A DNA stretch of 64,000 bases, from contig NW_025964235.1 of NCBI RefSeq assembly GCF_023055435.1, forward strand, positions 868,001 to 932,000, read 5' to 3'. Under the pieces are notes generated by a model, which was not told the DNA's origin, ran no database searches, and worked only from the letters and a program-made list of their open reading frames with translations. The position numbers were made by a program, and so were the translations under genes. This stretch comes from Haliotis rufescens (Eukaryota). The first letter of the stretch is position 1. Every line of letters begins with the position of its first letter. This document shows, piece by piece, positions 1-12,908 of this stretch.

Positions 1-150
1 AGACATAAAAGTGATGACGGAAAGATGAAGACATAAAGATGATGACATACAAACGTGATGACATAAACGTGATGCGATATGAACGTGATGACAAATGTAA
101 AGGCATATAAAGGTGACGACATATAACAGTGAAGACATAAACGTGAAGAC
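1..150. repeat. Degenerate 14-15-bp tandem repeat (GACATAAAcGTGAT)
   Basis: About 10 imperfect units. Confidence 0.7.
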
Positions 151-412
151 AACATGTCATTCGTTGTTCATTAGGTTACAGACGGTTTTGTGTGACTTGG
201 TTCCAAGAATAAACTGACAGCTGATGTTTCCTCTCGTGTGCCTGAAACTAACATATGTTTACATTCTCGCAGAGAAGAGACGACATCAAATCTATAGAAT
301 AATCTACCAGTACCAGAACATCCGGTTCTGACGCAATTCAAAATTGTATTATTGAATTGTAAACAACGACTATTATTCTGAAGCGGTCGTTTTATCCTTG
401 TGTGAATATCGT

Positions 413-630
413 TAGTTTGTTTGTTGTTTAACGCCACACTCAGCAATATTCCAGCTGTATGACGGCAGTCTGTAAATAATCGAGTCTGGACCAGACAATC
501 CAGTGATTGTCATCACGAGCATCCATCCACGTTATTTGGATACGATGACAAGCATCAATCAAGTCAGTGATCCTGACCACACGATCAGGTAAATCGCCTT
601 TTACGGCAAGCATGGGTTGACCTATTCCAC
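413..630 (-). mobile_element. Family C retroposon
   Basis: Similarity to the 30560 copy. Confidence 0.8.
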
Positions 631-1188
631 CCGTGTTAATATCTTTAGTTCAGTGCAGTTACGTCATCTAAATGTTTACATTGTCCATGGACATTGTTGT
701 GGATTACCATGTCACCAAAACGCAGCTGATAGTGTTGTACAATATATCCTAACTATATGCCTATTACACAGAATCGCGTTACGGTAAATTTATAAACATT
801 AAAACAAATGATATCGCACAATATGAACCCGGCAAAACCTTTCACTTAGTGATTTTAATCATTTTAGAAATTCATATTTTGAATATTCAGAATTATTTCT
901 TGATTTTCCAAGATAATTTCTTGAATTTTTAAGACATCGTGTCGCATATTTTACTTGATTTCTTTAATTCCTTGCTGGTCGTCGATAAAACCTGCGGGGC
1001 TTACACAGCGGCCATGCATACTTCCGTGTAATACAGCATGGTAACTGGACACATAGCTATATCCGAAAGTGTTACATTTCAGATATCAAATCATTAATAG
1101 GCTTTTTATTAGTTTGTCCACGATGTGTTTTTATTGACGTCCCCTAAATACGCATACGCACTCCCCCAAACACCCCTACAACCTACAA

Positions 1189-1196
<8 letters not shown>

Positions 1197-1249
<53 letters not shown>
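1197..1249. repeat. (CA)n microsatellite
   Basis: Direct reading. Confidence 0.95.
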
Positions 1250-1250
<1 letters not shown>

Positions 1251-1656
1251 CACCCATACAAACGCGCATTCACACACATCACTACTACACGCGCTGCACA
1301 TACACACATTCTAAGTTCAAACAAGTAACGTCAAACTTCCATAAACAATGTATTATCAGAAAAACAGATTAGTCATCGACAGACCTGCCGCTGAAAGGTA
1401 TATGCATTCGTCATGGCTTCACGTCAACTGCTAAAACGACTGTTCCTCTTACAAAATATGGAATATAAAATTCCACACATTACTAGAAGATAGGCTTCAG
1501 TAACTAAAAGAAAAGATTTCTGATTTTGTTTTTGAAGAAACTACTACAGTGAAACTATGTTCACAACCAAGGTGGTTTTGCCTAAACGCACCAGTTGTCA
1601 AAAGCGCGGACTTCCGGCAACAACAAACACACGTGTGTGACGCTGGTTCCTGGGCA

Positions 1657-4600
1657 ATGGACACCAGTCGCTTCCACGGAGGTGGACGTCTCAACATAAC
1701 ACAGGACTCGGCCCGAGATGTGGACGAAGATGAACCAAGAGACACGTCTTATACCGGCGTCCTGGTACAGCTCGCGATGGCGGCTGTTTGTGGCGGCTGT
1801 TTTGGGTATGCAGCAGAGAAGGGTAAAGGTACGTGTATAGTATCCCGTGTACTTAGATCCACAACCCACTACTACTACCATATACTAGTACTGCTGCTGC
1901 TACTGCTGCTACGTTTCCTCCTATGTTACTGCTGGTATTGGTTCTGCCACCACCACAACTACTACTACTACAACCCCTACTACTACTACTACTACAACCC
2001 CTACTACTACTACAACCCCAGCTACTACTACAACCCCAGCTACTATTACTACTACTATTACTACTACTATTACTACTACTACTACTACTACTACAACACC
2101 AGCTACTACTACTACTACTACTACACCGGCTACTACTACTACTACTACTTTACTACGGCTACTACAACCCCTGCTGCTGCTCCCACAACTACAGCTACCA
2201 CCACCACTACTACAACCACCACCACTACTACTTCTACTTCTCCAATTAAATCACCAACAACAACACCACTACTGCTTCTACTACTACACCCACCACCATC
2301 ACTCCCACAACTATTACAATCACCTCCACCTCTACTACTTCCTCTGCAACTAGCATTAATCTCTGCTCACTCACTTACTCATAAGCTACTACTACTACTA
2401 CTACTACTGCTACTACTACTGCTACGACGACTACTAAAATACCACCACTACCATTGTTCTACTCTAACATACACAGGCATATTACATATATTTTATGAGA
2501 ATAAACTGTTTACTGCAGTCACTATAAATTAATTTCAGAATCAATATGATGATCACTATGTACATGCAAGACATTTTGTTGTAGCGTTCGAACCTTCTGC
2601 CATCACGGCCCAGCTGACCTTGGAGAGATTCCTGCTGTTGAAAGTGTTGCTTGCCGCCACCGCAACAAGTATGTCTGCGTCTCTCTCAGTAATATACTCA
2701 GTGTGAACTCTAGGGAAGTGTAGGTCCTCGGTACCCATCTTCAGAGGATAGGATGTCAGACTCGGTGACTGATTGTGCTTCATCGCACCTTGATGGCATG
2801 GATGGTGGCTCATGCTTTCAGTCACTGGTTTGTCTGGTCCAGACTTGATTATTTTCAGGGCATATTTTTCCTTATTAATTAACCTTTGATAAACAGCTAT
2901 GATATATCTATATCTATAACAGGATAACTCATCTACATGGAGACATTTGATTTTTCTTTTCATATTAATCTGTACAAACACTCACAGCAGTCATATCTCA
3001 AAATAAATTACTCAAAGAATTCTGACCTGAATTCAACATGTGGTTTTGGCCATATTTAAGACATTCATTGATGTATTTGGAATGTATTATATGTAAAGTG
3101 TTTATTTGCAGTAAGTCTGTTGTATATGCAATAACCGTATGACGGCACATGTGGTATTCAAAAGTACCGAGATTATTCCAATGATATTTTTAACATGACA
3201 TCAATGGCAGCCATATTGAAAATATCCAACCAACATGTGACAGTCAGAGGAATATGGAGATGACTCATCTCCATGTGTCCCCTCATACTAAAGCAGTAGA
3301 CTGTAGAATGTAGAGTAGCAGATTATAGGGATATGTAGCATTTAGGCCAGACTTTATATTAAACATGGTTTACTATTCCAAAAAACTGAAAAGTGAAAAG
3401 TAAAGCAAAATTAAAAGCATTGTTTTTATTTGTATTTTTGTTCTACTTTTTCCACCTATCTGGCTAAAATTTTCAGCCCAAAAATCTGTAAACAATAAAA
3501 AAAAGAAAAAAACATTGATGGAAGTTGAACATGTAGACAGCTGCTTCAGCAGGTGTTGGCAGTAATTGCGGAGCTGTGGACTGCATGATCGTGATGCAGC
3601 TTGTAGCTCACCTTCCCTCCCTCTATGCCAGGTATGTTCTGCCTCTCCCTGCTGGCGATGGTCCCCGCAACAAGTCAACACTTCCAGCGAGCCAGGCAAC
3701 GCTTCCAGCTGCGCTTCCTTGACAAGGGTGTGGTCACAAGCATCGTGGGTGGAGGAATGCTCGGGGGAGGCATGGCCGTCTCAGGAGCGGTCAGCCACTT
3801 TGTGAACTCTACTATTTTAATATTTCTGTTCATCTCAGCCTTAATGTACTCTGGACCCATGGAGACACGGGGTAAAATAGGTCTTCAGCACCCCAGGCTT
3901 GTCGTAAGAAGCGACTACGCTTGTCGTAAGAAGCGACTACGCTTGTCGTAAGAAGCGAGTACGCTTGTCGTAAGAAGCGAGTACGCTTGTCGTAAGAAGT
4001 GACTACGCTTGTCGTAAGAAGCGACTGCTTGTTGTAAGAAGCGACTACGCTTGTCGTAAGAAGCGATCAGCTTGTGGTAAGAAGCGACTACGCTTGTTGT
4101 AAGAAGCGACTACGCTTGTTGTAAGAGAGGAATAAAGGAATCAGGTGGTCAAGCTCTCTGACCTGCTTGATGCAGGTCATCGAATCACAATTGTGTAGAT
4201 GTCATGATATCAATCACTGGATTGTATCGTTACCAGTACCTCTGATAACATTGATTCTCTAGCTGTAACTGTAGGACTGTTATCAGTTCATTAACAATGA
4301 ACAACTAAACTTGTTGTTATTTTGTGAAGTATATATGAGCCAATACTTGTCTGTTGTAGGGCCCTGCCATGGTGGTGGTGCAGCTGGGAGCAGGAGTCAG
4401 CTCAGCCGGTGAGATGTGGGGGTGGGTGGTGGGGGGGGAGGGTCTGTGTATTGTATCCTGAGATATGGACTACACACAGATAGGTCAGTGGAAGGACCCT
4501 CAAGCTGTGCAAGGCTGAGATAGGAAGGAAACTGTTGATAATCATGCCTCATGAATATATAGGATTATCTACTGTATTCAGTGATGTAATATGTTAATAC

Positions 4601-7600
4601 AATGTTCTTAGATGCAGCAATCTTAGTGTTTCAGGGACTTAACATTACACTGATGGTCGACTTAGTTCATTGGACTTCATTTTCAAGTTCTCTAAAGTGG
4701 ATTACCTGTCAACTTAATAAAGTTCTCATCTTCTAATACGTTTGTGACAGATCTTTTTTGTTTTTATCCACTGTGCCACTCTGTCGTCAGGCTTCACACT
4801 GGCAGGATGCCTGGTGGGGGTCGTTCTGTACGGCTGTCTGGAGCCATTTCTCACAAACATCTTGAAGCCAAGACAACCATACCTGCAATACTTGTGAGTA
4901 TTTTAAGAATATTTGTGGCATTGTGTGAATTGTTTATATGGCTTTTCATGTTTGCTCAATGAGATTTAAGACATTTAAGATGGTACAGATGGTACTTGTT
5001 GTTACCCTGCCTGGCACTCGGCATTAAGGGGCTAAAACAAGGACTGGTCATCTTGGGGTCAGTATACTGTGTCTGAGAGGGGTATTCATGTTAAACTGCG
5101 GCAGTATTAAGGGGGACAGATTAAGGCACAATAGCACAACTAAAAATTGGTCAGTATTTGTCTCAGCCACAAGGGGACAATGTCAGTATTGTCAGATCAT
5201 TTGATGAGATAAACATGTTCTGTTTGACAAGAAAAGATAGATTTTGAGGCTGGAAGTGGTTCCAACAAAATTGTTTGATAGGCATTACTTAGAAGTTGAC
5301 GGATGACAAGATAGACACAATTTTTATGGATAACAACTTCTTTAATACTGTGAAAAGCGACGTTTCGGTATAGATCCTTATACCGTTGTCAAGCAAGACT
5401 GAATGAGGGTCATAGTGCAGAATATATATAGTAGGTGGCTTCCAGCTGTGTTTTTTGTCCATCGTGTTGTGACAGCACCATCCCTTTGTTGTCACACCTA
5501 CCAATGTTACCCCACTCATGTATGCTGTTGTTGTTACTGTTAATCCTCCACCTACTATATATATTCTGCACTATGACCCTCATTCAGTCTTGCTTGACAA
5601 CGGTATAAGGATCTATACCGAAACGTCGCTTTTCACAGCATTGAAGAAGTTGTTATCCATAAAAATTGTGTCTATCTTTCCAACAAAATGTTAATAATTA
5701 AATACATACCATAAAGACATACTGCACCTTCATGGCCTGTACTTTCAATATATACAGTAGCAAGGTATTACTACATGCTGCACTGACACCCTCACTCACT
5801 GACAAGCACCACTGATTGTAGAGCCAGTTTGTGTAACATCACGTTTGTGTAGGCTCACTAAGCCTGTGTGAAGTTCTGGACCAGCATCTACTGTTTCAGT
5901 CTCCAGGACAGCCAGGGCGCCCCCTACTTCACGCTGTCACTCCCCCTAGCAGCCATGGTGTCCATGACGGTGTTTGCCCTGGAGCTGCTGGACCCCTGGG
6001 ACACGGAAGTCGATGTGCGTCTCCTGACTGTGGACATTAAACCACTATAAGTTGTTGCAGGATCACTCGGGGTACATGGGATTTTATGCATCTCATGGAG
6101 CTAGAAGCCGAAACCCCATGTGATCCTGCTGCAACAAATTTATCTTCCCAACATGTTTTAATATGACGCTGTAAAAGAATTCAAACAAATTCAAAATTGA
6201 TAGAAAACAGCTGTTCGATTGAAGTGAGGTTTGATGTCACGTGACTTCCATTGACTCGGAAAAAGTGTGCAGATTTTTGCTTTGAAGCGGGGTATAAGGG
6301 ATTTATTCTGTCTCTCAGAAATCCATGTACAGCCTGATTTGCTCATGGTGGGGTATAAGAGATTTATTACCCTCTTGAGAAATTTATTCCCCTCCAAGGC
6401 GAGTTGCACAGTATTTTATCAAGATCACGTGGACAAATGAGATCTCATCATCCTGACATGGAGGTATGATAATATTGTTTTGTGCCCAACTGCCCTAATT
6501 TGAGGATTTGACTGCTGCTTTGTCGTTCACACCATGTCGGTGTCTGTGGGGATTCTGAGGCAGAATAGGTCCCCAATATCGTGTGCTTATTGTTAGAGAC
6601 TAAATGGGGATTGGCTGACCAAAATGTAAACAGCTTTGCCTCACTCGTCGCCATGGAATCTTGATTGCAGCCTACATGAGAAACACAACAAATAGTACAA
6701 ACTGGTTCTTGTTTTTTTATTATAATGATTAATTTGCAAAGATATATAACAAAACTTCAAGATTGAATTGATTTTAAATCTAAATCTGCTAAATGACATA
6801 TTAAAAGTCAATTATATACAAATGTACAAAAAAGATTTGTTCAACAACATGTTTTATCACAATTTGAATTACTCGTGTTTTACAAGACTTTTACAAGACA
6901 AAGACAAGGTTTATCAGTACAACTAGATGTAAACTCACCTGGATCCGGGGCTGACAGTGAAGCTGATCCTATGTTGTAGTCCCAGAGCAGTGTGGAGTTG
7001 ATGTGGTCGCCCTACCTGTGTGGCGTAGTGATGGGGATGCTGCAGGTGCCCCTCGTGGTCATGCTCCAGGATACTCTAGGTGGGTGTGTCACAGTCTACT
7101 AAGTTTTAGTGAGCTACAGAGCTTCATAGAGAAGCGATACACTGTCTTCATATAGCAGAATGTATATTGTTGTGTCGAGACATTTAACGTTATTATTTCA
7201 GAGTGATATTTTATTTCTTAACAGTCAATTTGAGTTGCTTTGCCTGATGATTATTAAATGTTTTTTTTGTTTGTTTTTGTTTGTTGTTTAACACTGCACT
7301 ATATGACGACAGTCTGTAAATAATCGAATTCATTACTCAGAAATGCTGAGACTTCCAACATGCTCATTGGATATATTTCCCCTCCTAGGGGGCAGCACTA
7401 GCTTCTGCACTGTGATGTCCCAGGTGCTGATGTCAAGGTTGATGCGCAGGAAAATGCCATATCTTGCAAGGTTCCGATCAGGAATATCAAACTGGTGGCA
7501 GGTGAGTTTCTCAGTCAACAGCTGGTGGCAGCTGTAGAATTTTTCCAATTGATTTGACATATACAGATCCATAGATCACACACTCCACTCCACAAATCGT

Positions 7601-8564
7601 CATACCAGAGACCATATACCGGTATATGGTCTCTGGTCATACCTTTCGTTCCAATCGTCTCAAATTTCATTCCAGTCATCATAACTTTCATACCAGTTGC
7701 CAGTACTTTTGTTCTAATTGCCACAACTTTGGTAGAAGAAGACACTAAATGGGATGTTAAGGTCGATGACATTTTCATTTTTTGACGTAAAATGGTGAAA
7801 ATGTGGTCACAGTATATTATTATTAAAACACTTGTCTGAATGCTGATCATTATTATTTTTCAACCAAGCGAATATTTCTCTGCAATACAGTTTCAACTAT
7901 TATGGGTTGATTTGGAAAGTTAAAAATAGTTCTGATGCTGCTAACTTTTAGACATCAGAACATCATAAACATATGTGACAGCGACCAGCTGATGCTACAC
8001 AAACATGCCTTTAAATAGTCACATGTCGAAAGTTGGACTTGCAAAAGATACTTGGGGACAAATGCCCATTGTAATCTTTTCAATGTCATGTGTACTCCAT
8101 CCAGGTCCTGTTTATGCTGTTTGCTGTGATTGGAGCATACATTTCATCATCAACCAATCAGAATGTGCCAACAGGTGTCAGTGAAATCACTGGATTCATC
8201 GGAGGAATTCTAATCATATTTGGGGCAAGACTTGCTTCTGGATGTACAAGGTTAGCACATCTTCACTTATCTGTGAATATAAAGGTGAATACTGGTGAAT
8301 ATAAGGAGTGTTTTAGTGTTTGTTTCATACTGGACTACCTGTCATTACTCCATAGTAATGGATTTATCTTGATGACAAGAAGAAAGTATTCATTACCCGA
8401 TATGTTAGTGTCCCAATTAGAAGTCTGTTTGTTAATTGAATTATTATTTCTGTTTTAGTGATCACGTTATCTCTGGCGTAGGACTTTTATCTCTGCACTC
8501 CCTCATGTGTGTCCTGGCTGTAGTGGTTGGAGGTGTTGGCGCCGCCAGGCTGGTGCGCTCATAG
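1657..8564 (+). CDS. YeeE/YedE-family (TsuA-like) sulfur-compound transporter, 10 exons, about 381 aa
   Basis: Exons 1657-1828, 2585-2668, 3632-3789, 4360-4408, 4791-4893, 5900-6014, 6980-7079, 7389-7501, 8105-8250 and 8459-8564. All introns are GT-AG; total is 1146 nt in one frame ending TAG. The protein is hydrophobic and Gly-rich, with family-type motifs FGYAAEKGKAFEP, GGGMLGGGMAVSGA-GPAM, WSPYLCG, LGGSTSF and GGILIIFGARLASGCTSDH. Confidence 0.88.
1866..2452. repeat. (TAC)n/(CAC)n compound microsatellite in intron 1
   Basis: Direct reading. Confidence 0.92.
3897..4126. repeat. 22-bp tandem repeat amplified inside a family C retroposon
   Basis: GCTTGTCGTAAGAAGCGACTAC x about 10, flanked by the family C head and body. 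Confidence 0.9.
5272..5677. mobile_element. Penelope-like element remnant (inverted pseudo-LTRs)
   Basis: Near-perfect inverted arms of about 131 bp (5308-5438 / 5548-5678), one with a 3' extension. It is flanked by the direct repeat TTCCAACAAAAT (5260-5271, 5678-5689). Each arm holds a hammerhead-like motif. Confidence 0.7.
5592..5629 (+). ncRNA. Minimal hammerhead ribozyme variant (U3/A8), Penelope type
   Basis: GC-TTGACAA-C-GGTATA-aggatc-TATACC-GAAAC-GTC-GC: variant core, 6-bp stem II, GAAA, palindromic ACGT stem III and a GTC cleavage triplet. A mirror copy lies on the - strand at 5357-5394. Confidence 0.6.
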
Positions 8565-8706
8565 TACAGGATAACATGGGGAATGAAGGGAAGAACTGCG
8601 CATCGTGCAGACGAAGGTCTTGGTTGTCATGGTGATATCGGAACACATCTGTCTGAGCTGATGGTCCTGCAACTGCTGGTGTTAGGTCGATGATGTTGAG
8701 ACTGCT

Positions 8707-9110
8707 ATCCATGTAATGGTGCTCGTGTGTGCACACCGATGCTGTGATGGATGACAGTCCTGTAGGTTCTGATGCTGAGGTCATCAGTGCAGGTAATTCA
8801 AGGATGTTGACGATCGTTGAGACAGATATCCATGTAATGGTGCTCGTGTGTGCACACCGATGCTGTGATGGATGACAGTCCTGTAGGTTCTGATGCTGAG
8901 GTCATCAGTGCAGGTAATTCAAGGATGTTGACGATCGTTGAGACAGATATGCATGTAATGGTGCTCGTGTGTGCACACCGATGCTGTGATGGATGACAGT
9001 CCTGTAGGTTCTGATGCTGAGGTCATCAGTGCAGGTAATTCAAGGATGTTGACGATCGTTGAGACAGATATGCATGTAATGGTGCTTGTGTTTGCACACC
9101 GATGCTGTGC
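8707..9110. repeat. 121-bp tandem repeat x about 3.3
   Basis: Units start at 8707, 8828, 8949 and 9070. Confidence 0.9.
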
Positions 9111-9393
9111 AAGGACGGCAGGGGAAGTGGGACAAGTACCAAGGGATAAATAACCCAGGATTGTGTGTGCCGATCAATGTGTATGAGCAGAAATGAACAA
9201 GATATAAATGCTCAGGGATTGTGTGTCCATGGAGGGGAGGGGAGGGGAGGGGAGGGGAGGTGAAATGAATCAAAGACCATGCCCCCAAACAATCAAGTCG
9301 ATAGATGTCCACATAGAGAACCTTATTTCTATGCCTGAGAATTGTGTGTATCAATGGAAGTGTATGCTGGTGTAAGAGTTAATAAAAATTGCT

Positions 9394-10141
9394 GTTGGCT
9401 GTCAGAACCTTAGTAGTAACATTGAATGCAGTTGTTAGAACCTCAGTGGTAACATTGAACTTGGCTGTTAGAACCTTAGTGGCAACATTTAACTTGGCTG
9501 TTAGAACCTTAGTGGTAACATTGAACTTGGCTGTTAGAACCTCAGTGGCAACATTGAACTCAGCTGTTAGAACCTCAGTGGCAACATTGAACTTGGCTGT
9601 TAGAACCTTAGTGGTAACATTGAACTTGGCTGTTAGAACCTTAGCGGCAACATTGAACTTGGCTGTTAGAACATCAGTAGTAACATTGAACTTGGCTGTT
9701 AGAACCTTAGTGGCAACATTGAACTTGGCTGTTAGAACCTCAGTGGTAACATTGAACTTGGCTGTTAGAACCTTAGTTGTAACATTGAACTTGGCTGTTA
9801 GAACCTTAGTGGTAACATTGAACTTGGCTGTTAGAACCTTAGTGGCAACATTGAACTTGGCTGTTAGAACATCAGTAGTAACATTGAACTTGGCTGTTAG
9901 AACCTTAGTGGCAACATTGAACTTGGCTGTTAGAACCTCAGTGGTAACATTGAACTTGGCTGTTAGAACCTTAGTTGTAACATTGAAATTGGCTGTTAGA
10001 ACCTTAGTGGTAACATTGAACTTGGCTGTTAGAACCTTAGTGGTAACATTGAACTCAGCTGCTGCAACCTTAGTGGTAACATTCAACTTGGCTGTTAGAA
10101 CCTTAGTGATAACATTGAACTTGGCTGTTAGAGCCTCAGTA
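9394..10141. repeat. 33-bp minisatellite x about 22
   Basis: TTGGCTGTTAGAACCTTAGTGGTAACATTGAAC. Confidence 0.95.
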
Positions 10142-12725
10142 TTTGAGGTTACCGTATGTTTAATATAACCTGTGTGATTTATGATGTATGTTCAAAACTG
10201 TCAGTGCATACATCACAGTCAATGGTGTACAATTCAGAATTGCAGTGTTACTTATTACTTGTTGTCCAGGACAAGTGTAGTCACTGATCCACCATGACCA
10301 GCTGATTTCTCCAAGTTTGCACTAAAAAGAAGTCGTCTCCCAGGGACCACATTGTACATCATGCTGTCTTGCAACTCGTTGGTTGGGCACCAAGCAGACC
10401 CAGATCCAAACAACGTTGTGGACAGTTACTTGGCTGCAGACACAGTGTGAGCCTTGTATCTTTCACCTTCCAATCATAAGCAACATAAATCACAAATAAT
10501 GACGTTGCTGGAAAGACAAAACAGTGAGGATGCAGAAGCTGTTTTATTGATGTAGGGGTATGACATGATCACTACTGAACACATGAAATTGAGTAAGATA
10601 CTAATAAAATCATAAAACCAGGTAAATTGCACCAATCTTTAATTATCAAGGAATCACTATCCTACAACTATCTAAGGTTTCATTGCAATATCATTTCTGC
10701 AAGGTCAGCACATTATCCTATCCAAGGCCAGCCAACACCTTCGGCACAATGGACTCTACGACACTGTTGGTTACTCTCAGCACCAATAAGCATAGTCCCT
10801 GTAGGGATGAGAAAATACGGAGGCTGCATGCGGAGCATTGTCATACAACAAATACAATACATCCAAATTAAGTTATGTAACTTAAACAAAGTATCCCACT
10901 GGATAATGAGCAAATTAAAAACTATTTTTGACTTAAATGAATGTTCTGAGAGAAATTCTTGATGTTATCTGATGTATCCATGTTGTATGTTATATGATCA
11001 TTGCTAATGATCAACATATTCTTTTCTACTTTCAGAAAAGCATATACGTCTCTTTGGTGAATTACATTGTGATATTATATGGTACTCCCTGTGCCAATGT
11101 ATACTCAGATCCTACTGAAGAGGTCGAGCACTTTCATTCAACAGTGATGTGTGTATTAATGCAAAGGAGAAAAATATGTTAAAATTGTATTTTCCGATTA
11201 AACAGTATATAAAATAGCTGCCTTCCTTGTGGGGAAACTTCTGTGAAATTGGCATGATGACCAAGAGTGACATGTATGGGACTTTAGATGCTTAAAAATC
11301 ATGGGAGTAAAACAAGTAAGTAATAACAGGAGTATAATCACAAGACATCTCAGGACATAACATTACAATGGTCGCAAAGAATGATAGATCTAGACACAGT
11401 ATATTAAGTACTACCTTGACTCTAAAGACATGATAATACAATATTACACACACAGTCCAATAATGTTTTTAAAACTCATCTCACATACGACATGTAAAAA
11501 GAACTGACAAAACCAGAAGCATGCATTGATATTTATGGTAGGGTCAAACCCGATGACAAGTGTCCATGAATACAGGTTTCTACACAGGATGGGGAGCAAG
11601 GAAATGGGCTGGTCCCACAATATCTAGATGAACGCTGCTGATGGCGTTCAGTAACTGATATGCATAATACAACGTTGATGACAAACAAGGCAGAGGAAAG
11701 AGCAATTTTGTACTGTCCGATATTGTTCAAGATAAATGAACAGATACCCTTTAACCAGGAGGTATAATAAGCAGATAAACTGATTGTCAACAAGAACATG
11801 GAAGTGTGCAGCAACTGGTGCCTGTGTTCTAACAATGCCTTGGCAAAGGCTCCATAACGAGATTTAATGACAGCAGCATCTACAGACAATGGACAGAGAG
11901 AAGCTATGGTTTTCTTCATCCGCTTCCCTAACACAAGGATAACTAGTCATTCCAAACAGAACATAGAATTGTGGGCAAACTGACAGAAAATATGAAATGT
12001 CTACTTGTTTGAAGGGTAGCATGGGTACTTCTCTATTAATACATGTACACATTCATTGAGATGTCAATACAGCAATGTTACAACTTACATTTTCATTTTA
12101 TTCAACTGGTGTAGCATAGGAACAGAAGCTCTTGTGTGTGATGATGTGTAAAGACTGATAACAAGGTTTGGTGTCGTATAACAGAATCAAAATGCCTAGA
12201 TATATATATCTCATAAAATAATAAGAAACAAATATTGAACTAGGGAGGTGTGAAGGTTGTGTAATTTAACCATTAAAGTGAGTTAGTATGCTTTTATGCA
12301 TACAGTATTCCAGTCATATCACTGTGTGTCAGCTTAATGTGGGGGAAATGCCTGAAGTGATGCAGGTCTCGGACGTCTATGAGCACAGGTATGGTGCAAA
12401 TCGGGATTCGAACCCACAATCATAGGATACAACTCTGCACAGCAAATTGTAGCGAATTGGATGATGGGGCACCCATGCTCTCTTAACCATTACATATGAA
12501 CCTTATCATATACAGGGAATTATTAAATGCATTTCTTGGAAGGAGAGAGTTTAAAGCACTTATGTAATGAGATGGAAAAAAATACATTGCAGTCATCAAT
12601 CATTCAAAAGCACAATGCACAGAGATGTCCTCATATAGTTTATAGCACTAAAGAGTTTTGCAAATATTCATGATTATTTCCATTCATTTTTCTGACAACC
12701 TTGCCCTTTCATGGTCAATCTGTCT

Positions 12726-12908
12726 GGGGGTGGTTGGGGAGCCTAGTGGTTAAAGTGTTCGGTTAAAGTGTTCGCTCGTCACGCGGAAGACCCGGGTTCG
12801 ATTCCTGACATGGGTACAATGTGTGAAGCCCATTTCTGGTGTCCCCTGCCGTGATATTGCTGGAATATTGCTAAAAGCGGCATAAAACCATAAACACTCA
12901 CTCACTCA
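12726..12908 (+). mobile_element. SINE family A
   Basis: Same head, body and (ACTC)n tail, with a small internal duplication of GGTTAAAGTGTTC. Confidence 0.85.

Noticed and set aside
1829-2532. 327-aa ORF with poly-Tyr/Thr/Leu
   Set aside because: Only the first part is exon 1 of the YeeE gene; the rest is read-through into an intronic (TAC)n microsatellite.
3897-4126. CRISPR-like palindromic repeats
   Set aside because: There are no unique spacers, the context is a eukaryotic intron, and the unit derives from a retroposon.
9379-10168. 235-aa and 259-aa repetitive ORFs (antifreeze-like appearance)
   Set aside because: A stop-free 33-bp minisatellite is open on both strands, with no unique coding flanks or splice context.
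11533-11934. 133-aa hydrophobic ORF
   Set aside because: No recognisable motif, non-ATG start and no supporting exons; probably UTR or intergenic.
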